In this document: in pieces, positions 23,655 through 36,640 of the stretch
How positions within the stretch are numbered: the first letter of the stretch is position 1
How the letters are laid out: each line of letters begins with the position of its first letter
Source: Malacoraja senta
Taxonomy: Eukaryota
Reading direction: 5' to 3'
Length of the DNA: 64,000 nt
Assembly: GCA_038087875.1 (NCBI GenBank)
Contig: CM075996.1
Location: forward strand, 9,116,001 to 9,180,000
Translations under genes and position numbers: made by a program
The notes under the pieces: generated by a model
What the model was told of the DNA's origin: nothing
Database searches by the model: none
Seen by the model: the letters and a program-made list of their open reading frames with translations, nothing else

Positions 23655-25415
23655 TACTTGAATAGGTACTTCGGATCTGTCTTCACTAAGGAAGACACAA
23701 ACAATCTCCCAGATGTACTGGAGGACAGAGGATCTATGGGGTAGAGGAACTGAAAGAAATTTTCATTAGGCGAGAAATAGTATTGGTTAGGCTAATGGGA
23801 CTGAAGGATGATAAATCCCCTGGGCCTGATGGTCTGCATCCCAGGGTCCTCAGGGAGGTGGCTCTAGAAATAGTGGATGCATTGGTGATCATTTTCCAAT
23901 GTTCAATAGATTCAGGATCAGTTCCTGTGGATTGGAGAATAGCTAATGTTATCCCACTTTTCAAGAAAGGAGCGAGAGAGAAAACGGGGAATTACAGACC
24001 AGTTAGCCTGACTTTGGTGGTGGGAAAGATGCTGGAGTCAATTATTAAAGAGGTAATAATGGGGCATTTGGATAGCAGTAAAAGGATTAGTCCAAGTCAA
24101 CATGGATTTATGAAAGGGAAATCATGCTTGACGAATCTTCTGGAATTATTTGAGGATGTGACAAGTAAAATGGATGAAGGGGTGCCAGTGATGTAGTGTA
24201 TCTAGACTTTCAGAAAGCCTTTGATAAGGTCCTGCACGGGAGACTGGTGACTAAAATTAGAGCACATGGTATTGGGGGTAGGGTGTTGACGTGGATAGAA
24301 AATTGGTTGGCAGACAGGAAGCAAAGAGTAGGAGTGAACGGGTCCTTTTCAGAATGGCAGGCAGTGGCGAGTGGAGTGCCACAAGGCTCGGTGTTGGGGC
24401 CGCAACTGCTTACCATATATATTAATGATTTGGAAGAGGGAATTAGGAGCAACACTAGCAAGTTTGCGGATGACACAAAGCTGGGTGGCAGTGTGAACTG
24501 TGAAGAGGATGTTAGGAGGTTGCAGGGTGACCTGGACAGGTTGAGTGAATGGGCAGATGCGTGGCAGATGCAGTATAATATAGATAAATGTGAGGTTATC
24601 CACTTTGGCGGCAAAAACAAGGGGGCAGATTATTATCTCAATGGGGTTAGGTTAGGTAATAATAATGGATGGGATTTATATAGCGCCTTTCTAATACTCA
24701 AGGCGCTTTACATCGCATTATTCATTCACTCCTCAGTCACACTCGGTGGTGGTGAGCTACTTCTGTAGCCACAGCTGCCCTGGGGCAGACTGACGGAAGC
24801 GTGGCTGCTAATCTACGCCTACGGCCCCTCCGACCACCACCAATCACTCACACACATTCACACACATTCACACGCAGGCAAAGGTGGGTGAAGTGTCTTG
24901 CCCAAGGACACAACGACAGTATGCACTCCAAGCGGGATTCGAACCGGCTACCTTCCGGTTGCCAGCCGAACACTTAGCCCATTGCGCCATCTGTCATCCT
25001 AAATCATTTTCCAATGTTCAATAGATTCAGGATGAGGTAAGGGGGAGGTCCAGCGAGACCTGGGTGTCCTTGTACACCGGTCACTGAAAGTTGGCGTGCA
25101 GGTACAGCAGGCAGTGAAGAAAGCTAATGGAATGTTGGCCTTCATAACAAGAGGATTTCAGTATAGGAGTAAAGAGGTTCTTCTGCAGTTGTATAGGGCT
25201 CTGGTGAGACCACATCTGGAGTATTGTGAACAGTTTTGGTCTCCTAATTTGAGGAAGGACATCCTTGTGATTGAGGCAGTGCAGCGTAGGTTCACGAGAT
25301 TGATCCCTGGGATGGTGGGACTGTCATATGAGGAAAGATTGAAAAGACTAGGCTTGTATTGACTGGAGTTTAGAAGGATGAGGGGGGATCTTATAGAAAC
25401 ATATAAAATTATAAA
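23655..25415 (+). mobile_element. CR1 LINE internal RT fragment (no 3' tail)
   Basis: [47 protein letters not shown]. Confidence 0.92.
24660..24997 (-). mobile_element. tRNA-derived CORE-like SINE with L2-type tail
   Basis: Reverse complement has TGGCGCAATGG (A box), GGTTCGAATCCC (B box), GTGTCCTTGGGCAAGACACTT core, GTAAAGCGCCTTGAG..AAGGCGCTATATAAAT tail and (ATT)n. AGGTAA direct repeats flank the insertion. Confidence 0.85.
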
Positions 25416-27584
25416 AAGAGATGAATCTCCCGCTGGCATAGCTCTAGGGATCACTGAGACACACAAGCTCCCTGACCACAACAAGGTTGCAATCTATGGA
25501 GCAGGTAGTACGGGATTACATGGTACCCATGGCGGGGGGGATCTCCCACGACCTGACCCACCATTGCACCATCTGTAAATTCGGCCGGTTTGCTTTATAC
25601 CTTGTGTGATGTGGACACTGACCACTGGGGAAAGTCTCTCTGGGACTCTGTCATTAACAGCCCCAGTGGTGGCAGATTCAGAGCCTTTGGTCTACAGTCC
25701 TCCAGCCTGAGGAAAAAATACTTGCCACCATGTTGTGCTTTCTTTGTTTGAGCTATTTTCTATTCCTGTGGCGTTTTAATCCCAACGGTTTGATGTGACC
25801 TGAATAAGTACCCACAGCACCAGCCCATTCCGCCCAGACAACAACCATCAGCGTCTTGAACGCTACAAAACACTAACTAAACTATGAAAGAGGCAAGGTG
25901 CTGGAGTAACTCAGCAGGTCAGGCAGCAACGGGGCTCAGCGACGTTTACGGGTCGGGAGCTTTCTTCTTCACTTATCCATGTTCCCCAGAGAAGCTGCCT
26001 GACCTATTGAGTTACTCCAGCACTTTCTTTGTAAACTTTTTTTGTAAACCTTTTTGTTAAACTAAACAATGAACTTCTTCAGTCTCTCTGTAGATGCTGA
26101 GTTCCTCCAGCATTTTTGTCTACCTTTGATTTTTCCAGCATCTGCAGTTCTTTCTTAAACAATGAACTACTGTCTTTGGTTGCTCTAAAGGATATTGGGC
26201 TTTTTTGCACTAATATCAGGGCTATTAATTTGTTCTTTCTTTTTGTTTATTATATGTTACCTTTAAGTATTGTGTTTACAGGCCTGTTTTTTTGAGAGAT
26301 ACAGCACGGAAACAGGCCCTTCGGCCCACCCGAGTCCGCGCTGACCAGCGATCTCCATACACTAGCTCTATCCTACACAAAAGGGACATTTTACAGTCTT
26401 TACTGAAGCCAATTAACCGAAAACCTGTATGTCTTCCAAGTGTGGGACGAAACCGGAGCACCCAGAGAAAACCCACGCAGGTCACAGGAAGAACCTACAA
26501 ACTCCATACAGAGAGCACCCTTAGTCAGGATTGAACCCGGGTCTCTGGCACTAGAAGGCAACACTTCTACCGTTGCGTCACTGTGCCGCCCTGTTATGCT
26601 GCTGCAAGTAAGAATTTTATTTTTCCGTCATTGTTGCATATGACAATTAAACACTCTTGACCCCTTGAGTACAAACCTCTCGCAGTTGCAAGATCAGGCT
26701 TTCGTTCTGAACCCTTCTCCTGCCCCTCCCACCCATGGCCTCGGGGCCATGGCCCATCTCCCTCCCTCTGCTCACTCCATGGTGGAGAAAATGGAGGGAA
26801 GGATGTTGGGCCCCTGTGGCCTTGCCTGTGACACACGGTGCCTTGGGCCAGTGGACCACAGAACATTCACTGGTTCCCCCATGCATCGCTCGTCTAATGG
26901 GGCTTTACAGCAACCAGGGGGTTCCAGGTTGTTGAGATATTTTTAATAGATATTTAGATATTTACTGGACTCCCATAAGCAAAGGTACTGTCCGACTCAC
27001 CTCTACCCCTATTGGACTTAGTCTCTGGAACTGATGCGCTACTGTATCTTCCCCTTTGCTCTACCTATAGTACTTGAGTTTGACTTGATTGTATTTATAT
27101 ATAGCATTATCTGAATAATATATTTATTTTATAATTATTTAATGTATTATAAAGTAATAAAATATGTTATTTATATTCATAATATAAATAAACAACCTGT
27201 ATGCCTTTGACACCACCTTCTCTCCTTATCTAATACCGTTTTGTCTCCTTTTTTGCCTCTTGCCTTTATCACTTACCCCACCCGTCAACCCTTTCCAAGG
27301 TCGGCCCATCAAGTCTACTCCACCATTCAGTCATGGCTGATCGATCTCTCCCTCTCATTCCCCTGCCTTTTCTCCATAACCAACACCCATACTAATCAAG
27401 AACCTATCAAGGAAAGAACTACAGATGCTGGGTTTAAATCGAAGGTAGACACAAAATGCTGGAGTAACTCAGCGGGACAGGCAGCATTTCTGGAGAGAAG
27501 GAATGGGTGACGTTTCGGGTCAAGACCCTTCTACAGACTGATGTCAGGGGAGTGGGCGGTACAGAGATAAAATGTAATCGGAAC

Positions 27585-27972
27585 CTGTCAATTTCCGCTC
27601 TAAACATACCCATTGACGGCCTCCACAGCCTTCTGTGGCAATGAATTCCACAGATTCACCACCTTCTGACTAAAGAAATTCCTCCTCATCTCTTTCTTAA
27701 AGGAACGTCCTTTCATTCTGAGGCCGTGGCCTCTGGTCTTAGACTCTCCCACTAGTGGAAACATCCTCTCCACATCCACTCTATCCAGGTCTTTCACTAT
27801 TCGGTAGGTTTCAATGAGGTGTCCCCTCATCCTTCTCAACTCCAGTGAGTACAGGCCCAGAGCATTCAAATGTTCCTCACAGGTTGACCCAATCATCCCC
27901 AGGATCATTCTTGTAAACCTGCTCTGGACCCTCTCCAACACCAGCACATCCTTCCTGAGATATGGGGCCCAA
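27585..27972 (-). mobile_element. CR1 LINE fragment
   Basis: LERVQSRFTRMILG..FFSQKVVNLWNSLP. Confidence 0.88.
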
Positions 27973-28341
27973 ACTTCATCTACCTCTGTTGCCACCTTCA
28001 TGGATCCTTGGAATTCTACAGGCCCCATTGTTCATCAATACTCTCTAGAGCCCTACCATTCACTGTTTAGTTTAGCGATACAGCATGAAAACAGGCCCTT
28101 CAGCCCACTGAGTCCACGCCGACCATCGATTGCCCATTCAAACTATTTCTATGGTATCAAACTTTCTCATCCACTCTCTGCACATAAGGGGCAATTTACA
28201 GTGGGCCAATCAACCTACAAACCTGCATGTCTTTGGGATGTGGGAGGAAACCGGAGCACCTGGAGGTAACCCACACAGTCACAGGGAGAACGCACAAACT
28301 CCATGCAGACAGCATCCGAGGTCAGAAACGAACTTGGTTCT

Positions 28342-28935
28342 AGAAACATAGAAAACATAGAAAATAGGTGCAGGAGGAGGCCATTTGGCCTTTCGAGCCA
28401 GCACCGCCATTCATTGTGATCATGGCTGATCGTCCCCAATCAATAACCCGTGCCTGCCTTCTCCCCATATCCCTTGATTCCATTAGTCCCCAGAGCTCTA
28501 TCTAACTCTCTCTTAAATCCATCCAGTGATTTGGCCTCCACTGCCCTCTGTGGCAGGGAATTCCACAAATTCACAACTCTCTGGGTGAAAACGCTTTTTC
28601 TCACCTCAGTCTTAAATGGCCTCCCCTTTATTCTAAGACTGTGGCCCCTGGTTCTGGACTCGCCCCACATTGGGAATATTTTTCCTGCATCTAGCTTGTC
28701 CAGTCCTTTTATAATTTTATATGTTTCTATAAGATCCCCCCTCATCCTTCTAAACTCCAGTGAATACAAGCCTAGTCTTTTCAATCTTTTCAATATGACA
28801 GTCCCGCCATCCCAGGGATCAATCTCGTGAACCTACGCTGCACTGCCTCAATCACAAGGATGTCCTTCCTCAAATTAGGAGACCACAACTGTACGCAATA
28901 CTCCAGATGTGGTCTCACCAGAGCCCTATACAACT
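28342..28935 (-). mobile_element. CR1 LINE 3' fragment with (TTTCTATG)-type tail
   Basis: ORFs 28440-28793 and 28790-29035. Confidence 0.9.
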
Positions 28936-29794
28936 GGCGCTGGCGCTGTGTGGTAGTAGCTCTGGCTCTGTGTCTAGGTGCCGCCTCTGTGTACATACTA
29001 ACATTATTATTCCATCCAAAAACATCACCACACAATTACCATCTGCTGTTGCAATGCCTCTGTTACCACTGGTCTGTGAAATGGTGCATGGCCGTGGAAG
29101 TCATAATGACATCCTTGGCATTTAACCATCAAAGAGGCTGCAATATGGGAGAAAAATATTCAAATTGGTCTGGGCGGTTAACAAAGCATTTCATGAAGCA
29201 CACAACGTACACAGCTGGGAAGTTACATCTATAAGGCATTATATGAAGCCTGGCTTGAGTCCTGTGCCCAGTTTCAGAAATACAGGTACAGAAGGATTGT
29301 GAGGTTTGGAGAGGGCTCAGAGGGATTTACAGGAGCTCTTGAGAGATGAGGAATTATGTGTGGCAGACACAAAGTGCTGGAGTAACTCAGCAGGACAGGC
29401 AACATCCCTGGAGAGAAGGAATGGGTGACGTTTCGGGTCGAGACCCTTCTTGGGTGTAAGTGGGTGGGAAAGGGAAGCCAAGGATGTTTCCTTAGAGTTG
29501 AGGGGCAAGAGGAGCAGTAACAGCACTGTGGTGCAGCTTGTGGAGCCACCTTTTCGCAGCTCCTCTGACCCCGGTTCAATCCTGACCTCGGGTGCTGCCT
29601 GTGTGGAGTTTGCACGCTCTCCTTCTGAATGTGTGAGTTCCCTTTGGGCGCATCAGGGAAGCAGTCCCAGCTGTGAAGGGTGTGGTTGCGATAACCAGAA
29701 GGTATTGATTTAAGGTGGTTGGATGCAGAAATGAAGACAAACATTGGAAGTACATTTTACATGAAGGGGCGAGCACTTGAAATAGCAGACAAAA

Positions 29795-30310
29795 TGTGTA
29801 GGAAGGAACTGCAGATGTTGGTTTAAACCGAAGATAGACACATAAAGCTGGAGTAACAGTGGGACAGGCAGCATGTCTGGAGAGAAGGAATGGACGTTTC
29901 GGGTCGAGACAGTTCTTCAGACAAAGTCTCAGGAAAGGGAAATGAGAGATATAGTTGATGTAGAGAGAGATATAGAACAATGAACGAAAGATATGCAAAA
30001 AAGTAACAATGATAAAAGAAACAGGCCATTGTTAGCTGTTTGCTGGGTGAAAACAAGAAGCTGGTGCGACTTGGGTGGGGGAGGGATGGAGAGAGAGGGA
30101 ATACCGGGGTTATTTGAAGTTAGAGAAATCAATATTCTTTGCTCTAAGATGCCCAAGCAAAATATGAGATGCTGTTCCTCCAATTTGCATTTAGCTTCAC
30201 TCTGACAATGTAGGAGACCGAGGACAGAAAGGTCTGAGTGGGAATGGGAAGGAGAATTAAAGTGTTTAGCAACCGGGAGATCAGGTAGGTCCAGGCAGAC
30301 TGAGTGAAGG
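29795..30310 (-). mobile_element. Penelope-like element 3' fragment (GIY-YIG C-terminus plus terminal repeat)
   Basis: EEQHLIFCLG..NIDFSNFK* followed by the terminal repeat seen throughout the window. Confidence 0.7.
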
Positions 30311-30999
30311 GGTTGGGTGTGGGAGTGGTGGTGGGTTGGTAGGGGTGGTGGGAGTGATTGAACGGTCGCAGGTAGTAATGGGGATTGGGGGGTGCGGCTG
30401 GTGGTGGTGTGTGGGGGTAGTATCAGGGTGTGGTGTAGGGATGGGGCTGGTGGACGTGGGGATGGGGGTGTAGGTGGGAGTCAGGATGTTGGGGTAGGGG
30501 GGTGGGAGGTGCTTTTGTGGGGTTGGAGGGTAGGTGATGGGGGAGTGGGGTGTGATGGGGGAGATGGTGGTATGGCTGGTGCTGGTGTGAGGGTCAGGTG
30601 GTGAGGGTGTAGGAGAGGGGGTGGTGCTGTTGTGCTGGTGTTGTGTGGGTCAGGGTGGGGCTGGTGTGAGGGTGGGGATCGGGGGGGTGGTGCTGGTGTA
30701 GGGGTGCTGGTGCTGTTTTGTGAGGGGGTCAGGGGGGCGGGGATCAGGGTCAGGGTGGTGCCGCTGCTGTGGTGCTGGTGTGTGATGGTTAGGGTGGTGA
30801 GGGTGTGTGAGTGTGGGGGTGGTGCTGATATGTTGAGGTCAGGGTGCCGGAGATCAGGGTTAGGGTGGTGCTGCTGTTGTCAGGGTATTGGTGGTGTAAG
30901 GGTCAGGGTGGTGGGGGTGTAGGAGGTGAAAGGGGTAAGGGTGTGGGAGTGTGAAGGTGTGGGAGTGGGGTGGTGCTGTTGTGTCTGGATCAGGAGGGG
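30310..30999. repeat. G/T-rich low-complexity region
   Basis: Degenerate GGGTCAGGGTGGTG / GGTGCTG units. Confidence 0.85.
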
Positions 31000-31000
31000 T

Positions 31001-34000
31001 CAATAGACAATAGGTGCAGGAGTAGGCCCTTTGGCCCTTCGAGCCAGCACCGCCATTCACTGTGATCATAGCTGATCATCCACATTCTGTTCCTGCCTTC
31101 TCCCCATATCCCGTGACTCCGCTATCTTTAAGAGCTCTATCTAACTCTCTCTTGAAAGCCTCCAGAGAATTGGCCTCCACTGCCTTCTGAGGCAGAGAAT
31201 TCCACAGATTCACAACTCTCTGTGTGAACAAGTTTTTCCTCATATCCGTTTTAAATGGCTTACCCCTTATTCTTAAACTGTGGCCCCTGGTTCTGGACTC
31301 TCCCAACATCGGGAACATGTTTCCTGCCTCTAGCGTGTCCAAACCCTTAATAATCTTATATGTCTCAATAAGATTCCCTCTCATCCTTCTAAATTCCAGA
31401 GTATACAAGCTCAGCCGCTCCATTCTATCAACATATGACAGTCCCACCATCCCTGGAATTAACCTGGTGAACCTACGCTGCACTCCCTCAATAGCAAGAA
31501 TGTCCTTCCTCAAATTTGGAGACCAAAACTGCACACAATACTCCAGGTGTGGTCTCGCTAGGGCCCTGTACATCTGCAGAAGGACCTCTTTGCTCCTATA
31601 CTCAACTCCTCTTGTTATGAATGCCAACATGCCATTCACTTTCTTCACTGCCTGCTGTACCTGCATGCTTACTTTCTGTGACTGATGAACAAGGACCCCC
31701 AGATCTCGCTGTACTTCCCCTTCCCAACTTGACATCATGCAGATAATAATCTGCCTTCCTGTTTTTGCCACAAAAGTGCATTAACACATTTATTAAACTG
31801 CATCTGCATATGACCGTATTAGGAACCTGGAGCAGCAGCTCGATGACCTCCGTCTGGTCAGGGAGAGCGAGGAAGTCATTGAGAGGAGTTACAGGGAGGT
31901 GGTCACTCCAAGACCATAGGAGGCAGGCAAGTGGATCACGGTTGGGAGAGGCAAGGGGCACATGCAGGGACTAGAGAGTACCCCGGTGGCTGTACACCTT
32001 GACAATAAGTACTCCTGTTTGAGCACTGTTGGGGGGGACAGCCTACCTGGGGTAGCGACAGCAGCCGGGCCTCCGGTACAGAGACCGGTCCTGTTGCTCA
32101 GAAGGGTAAGGAAAAGAAGAGGAGGGCAATACTAATAGGGGACTCTATAGTTAGGGGGTCAGACAGGCGATTCTGTGGACGCAGTCGGGAGACCCGGATG
32201 GTAGTTTGCCTCCCTGGTGACAGGGTCGGTGATGTGTCTCAACGTGTCCAAGATATCCTGAAAGGGGAGGGAGAGGAGCCCAACGTCGTTGGACATATAG
32301 GTACCAATGACATAGGTAAAAAAAGAGAAGAGGTCCTGAAAGGAGAATTTAGGGAGTTAGGAGGGGAGTTAAAGAGTAGGACAGCAAAGGTAACAATCTC
32401 GGGATTACTGCCTGTGCCACGCGACAGTGAGAGTAGGAATGGAGCGAGGTGGAGGATAAATGCGTGGCTGAAGGACTGGTGCAGAGGGCAGGGATTCAAA
32501 TTTCTGGATCATTGGGACCTCTTTTGTGGAAGGTGCGACCTATACAAAAAGGATGGGTTGCACTTGAACCTGAGGGGGACCGATATCCTGGCGGGGAGAT
32601 CTGCAAAGGCTACTGGGGAGACTTTAAACTAGAATGGTTGGGGGGAGGGACTCAAATAGAGAAAGCTATTAGACAGTGTGTGAGGCAGGAGGCAGAGAAG
32701 GAAAGCACTCAGACCCAACATGTAGGGGGGAAAGAAGAAAACAATAATAAACAGAGAATAAGAGGTGGTGGGGTTCTTAAATGGGTGAGCAGAGAAACAG
32801 AGGGGTGTAAAATGCGGGCGGAAGCAATAGGTAGCAAGGTGAAAAGTAAAAGTGGCAGGCAGACAAATCCAGGGCAAAAATCAAAAAGGGCCACTTTTCA
32901 ACATAATTGTATAAGGGGTAAGAGCGTTGTAAAAACAAGCCTGAAGGCTTTGTGTCTCAATGCAAGGAGCATTCGTAATAAGGTGGATGAGTTGAACGTG
33001 CGGATAGCAATTAATGATTATGATATAGTTGGGATCACGGAGACATGGCTCCAGGGTGACCAAGGCTGGGAGCTGAACATCCAGGGATATTCAATATTCA
33101 GGAGGGATAGAGAGAAAGGAAAAGGAGGTGGGGTAGCGTTGCTGGTTAGAGAGGAGATTAACGCAGTGGAAAGGAAGGACATTAGCTTGGAGGATGTGGA
33201 ATCGGTATGGGTAGAGCTGCGAAACACTAAGGGGCAGAAAACGCTGGTGGGTGTTGTGTACAGGCCACCTAGCAGTAGTAGTGAAGTTGGGGATGGCATC
33301 AAACAGGAAATTAGAAATGCGTGCAACAAAGGCAAAACAGTTATAATGAGTGACTTCAATCTACATATAGATTGGGTGAATCAAATTGGCAGGGGTGCTG
33401 AGGAAGAGGATTTCTTGGAATGTATGCGGGATAGTTATCTAAACCAACATGTAGAGGAACCAACGAGAGAGCAGGCTATTCTAGACTGGGTATTGAGTAA
33501 TGAGGAAGGGTTAGTTAGCAGTCTTGTTGTGCGTGCCCCCTTGGGCAAGAGTGACCATAATATGGTTGAGTTCTTCATTAGGATGGAGAGTGACATTGTT
33601 AATTCAGAAACAACGGTTCTGAACTTAAAGAAAGGTAACTTTGAGGGTATGAGACGTGAATTGGCCAAGATTGACTGGCAATTAGTTCTAAAAGGGTTGA
33701 CGGTGGATATGCAATGGAAGGCATTTAAAGACTGCATGGATGAACTACAAAAATTGTTCATCCCAGTTTGGCAAAAGAATAAATCAGGGAAGGTAGTGCA
33801 TCCATGGATAACAAGGGAAATCAGGGATAGTATCAAAGCAAAAGATGATGCGTACAAATTAGCCAGAAAAAGCAGCATACCAGAGGACTGGGAGAAATTC
33901 AGAGACCCGCAGAGGAGGACAAAGGGCTTAATTAGGAAAGGGAAAATAGATTATGAAAGAAAACTGGCAGGGAACATAAAAACTGACTGCAAAAGTTTTT

Positions 34001-36247
34001 ATAGATATGTGAAGAGAAAGAGATTAGTTAAAACAAATGTAGGTCCCTTGCAGTCAGAAACAGGTGAATTGATCATGGGGAACAAGGATATGGCGGACCA
34101 ATTGAATAACTACTTTGGTTCCGTCTTCACTAAGGAAGACATAAATAATCTGCCGGAAATAGCAGGGGACCGCGGGTCAAAGGAGATGGAGGAACTGAGT
34201 GAAATCCAGGTTAGTCGGGAAGTGGTGTTGGGTAAATTGAATGGATTAAAGGCCGATAAATCACCAGGGCCAGATAGGCTGCATCCCAGAGTACTTAAGG
34301 AAGTAGCTCCAGAAATAGTGGATGCATTAGTGATAATTTTTCAAAACTCCTTAGATTCTGGAGTAGTTCCTGAGGATTGGAGGGTAGAAAATGTAACCCC
34401 ACTTTTTAAGAAGGGAGGGAGAGAGAAAATGGGGAATTACAGACCAGTTAGTCTAACATCGGTAGTGGGGAAACTGCTAGTCAGTTATTAAAGATGGGAT
34501 AGCAGCACATTTGGAAAGTGGTGAAATCATTGGACAAAGTCAGCATGGATTTACGAAAGGTAAATCATGTCTGACGAATCTTATAGAATTTTTTGAGGAT
34601 GTAACTAGTAGAGTGGATAGGGGAGAACCAGTGGATGTGTTGTATCTGGACTTTCAGAAGGCTTTCGACAAGGTCCCACATAAGAGATTAGTATACAAAC
34701 TTAAAGCACACGGTATTGGGGGTTCAGTATTGATGTGGATAGAGAACTGGCTGGCAAACAGGAAGCAAGGAGTAGGAGTAAACGGGTCCTTTTCACAATG
34801 GCAGGCAGTGACTAGTGGGGTACCGCAAGGCTCAGTGCTGGGACCCCAGCTATTTACAATTTATATTAATGAACAGGATGAGGGAATTGAAGGCAACATC
34901 TCCATGTTTGCAGAAGACACTAAGCTGGGGGGCAGTGTTAGCTGTGAGGAGGATGCTAGGAGACTGCAAGGTGACTTGGATAGGCCGGGTGAGTGGGCAA
35001 ATGTTTGGCAGATGCAGTATAATGTGGATAAATGTGAGGTTATCCACTTTGGTGGCAAAAACAGGAAAGCAGACTATTATCTAAATGGTGGCCGATTAGG
35101 AAAAGGGGAGATGCAGCGAGACCTGGGTGTCATGGTACACCAGTCATTGAAAGTAGGCATGCAGGTGCAGCAGGCAGTGAAGAAAGTGAATGGTGTGTTA
35201 GCTTTCATAGCAAAAGGATTTGAGTATAGGAGCAGGGAGGTTCTACTGCAGTTGTACAGGGTCTTGGTGAGACCACACCTTGAGTATTGCGTACAGTTTT
35301 GGTCTCCAAATCTCAGGAAGGACATTATAGCCATAGAGGGAGTGCAGAGAAGGTTCACCAGACTGATTCCTGGGATGTCAGGACTTTCATATGAAGAAAG
35401 ACTGGATAGACTTGGCTTATACTCGCTAGAATTTAGGAGATTGAGAGGGGATCTTATAGAAACGTACAAAATTCTTATGGGGTTGGACAGGCTAGATGCA
35501 GGAAGATTGTTCCCGATGTTGGGGAAGTCCAGGACAAGGGGTCACAGCTTAAGGATAAGGGGGAAATCCTTTAAGACCGAGATGAGAAAAAACTTTTTCA
35601 CACAGAGAGTGGTGAATCTCTGGAACTCTCTGCCACAGAGGGTAGTTGAGGCCAGTTCATTGGCTATATTTAAGAGGGAGTTAGATGTGGCCCTTGTGGC
35701 TAAAGGGATCAGGGGGTATGGAGAGAAGGCAGGTACGGGATACTGAGTTGGATGATCAGCCATGATCATATTGAATGGCGGTGCAGGCTCGAAGGGCCGA
35801 ATGGCCTACTCCTGCACCTATTTTCTATGTATCTATGCATCTGCCCACTCACCCAACCTGTCCAAGTCACCCTGCATCCTTATAGCATCCTCCTCACAGT
35901 TCACACTGCCACCCAGCTTTGTGTCATCTGCAAATTTGTAATGTTACTTTTAATCCCTTCATATAAATCATTAATGTATATTGTAATTAGCTGCGGTCCC
36001 AGCTCCGAGCCTTACGGTACGCCACTAGTCACTGCCTGCCATTCTGAAAGGGACCCGTTAATCCCTACTCTTTGTTTCCTGTCTGCCAACCAGTTGTCTA
36101 TCCATGTCTGTACCCTACCCCCAACACCATGCGCTCTAATTTTGCCCACTAATCTCCTATGTGGGACCTTATCAAATACTTTCTGAAAGTCCAGGTACAC
36201 TACATCCACTGACTCTCCCTTGTCCATTTTCCTAGTTACATCCTCAA
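31001..36247 (-). mobile_element. CR1 LINE (about 1.2 kb) split by a younger + strand CR1
   Basis: 31001-31810 and 35838-36247 join as ..ATTAAACTGCATCTGC|ATGCATCTGCCCACTCACC.., which is contiguous in the copy at 50665-50700. Confidence 0.85.
31811..35837 (+). mobile_element. Near full-length CR1 LINE: ORF1 (SGNH esterase type) and ORF2 (APE endonuclease plus RT), inactivated
   Basis: ORF1 IGDSIVRG..CLPG..HIGTND..DGLHLN. ORF2 NARSIRNK..GITETW..VVYRPP..DFN..SDH, plus RT motifs. Frameshift near 34480, FADD changed to FAED, tail TTTTCTATGTATCTATG. Confidence 0.95.
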
Positions 36248-36399
36248 AGACCGATCCTGCTACTGCTATCCAAATGTGCCGCTATTTCATCTTTTATAGT
36301 CAGAGTGGGGCTATTGTGTGGAGGTGGGGATCAGGGAGGAGGTGAGGGTGGAGCCGGTTGGAAGATGGGGGTGGTGGTGCCGCATTTGTCACGGTTCTT

Positions 36400-36640
36400 G
36401 TCCCCACCCCCCCGGAGGGGTGGAGCCGCGACACAAACTGACACTACAATGTTACAATGTAGCATTTTGAACGATGCAGCCAATGGGCAGCGGCGCCGGG
36501 GGCGGGACATAGACAGAGACAGAGACAGAGACACAGACACAGACAGAGGGCGTTGGAGGAGGTCGTGTCTGGTGTCTGCTCAGCTATACTCGACCCTACC
36601 CTAATCGACCATCATCTACTATATCTACTATCATCTATAC
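36400..36640 (+). promoter_or_regulatory. Putative CpG-rich promoter of the SUN2-like gene
   Basis: Non-repeat GC/CpG-rich island with CCAAT (36480-36484, AGCCAATGGG context) and GC box GGGGGCGGGA (36498-36507), upstream of a strong splice donor. Confidence 0.5.

Larger units (their letters stand above)
23426..25495 (-). mobile_element. Non-autonomous bipartite RTE-like element hosting a CR1 fragment
   Basis: (TAAG)n tail at about 23426-23442. RTE-like 5' leader (rc ACCTTGTTGTGGTCAGGGAGCTTGTGTGTCTCAGTGATCCCTAGAGCTATGCC) at about 25420-25495. Flanking near-direct repeat ATGAAGCAGGTA / ATGGAGCAGGTA. Confidence 0.55.

Noticed and set aside
32449..35746. 680 aa and 411 aa ORFs as a host gene or novel RT system
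   Set aside because: Standard CR1 ORF2 split by a frameshift, with many paralogous fragments in the window.
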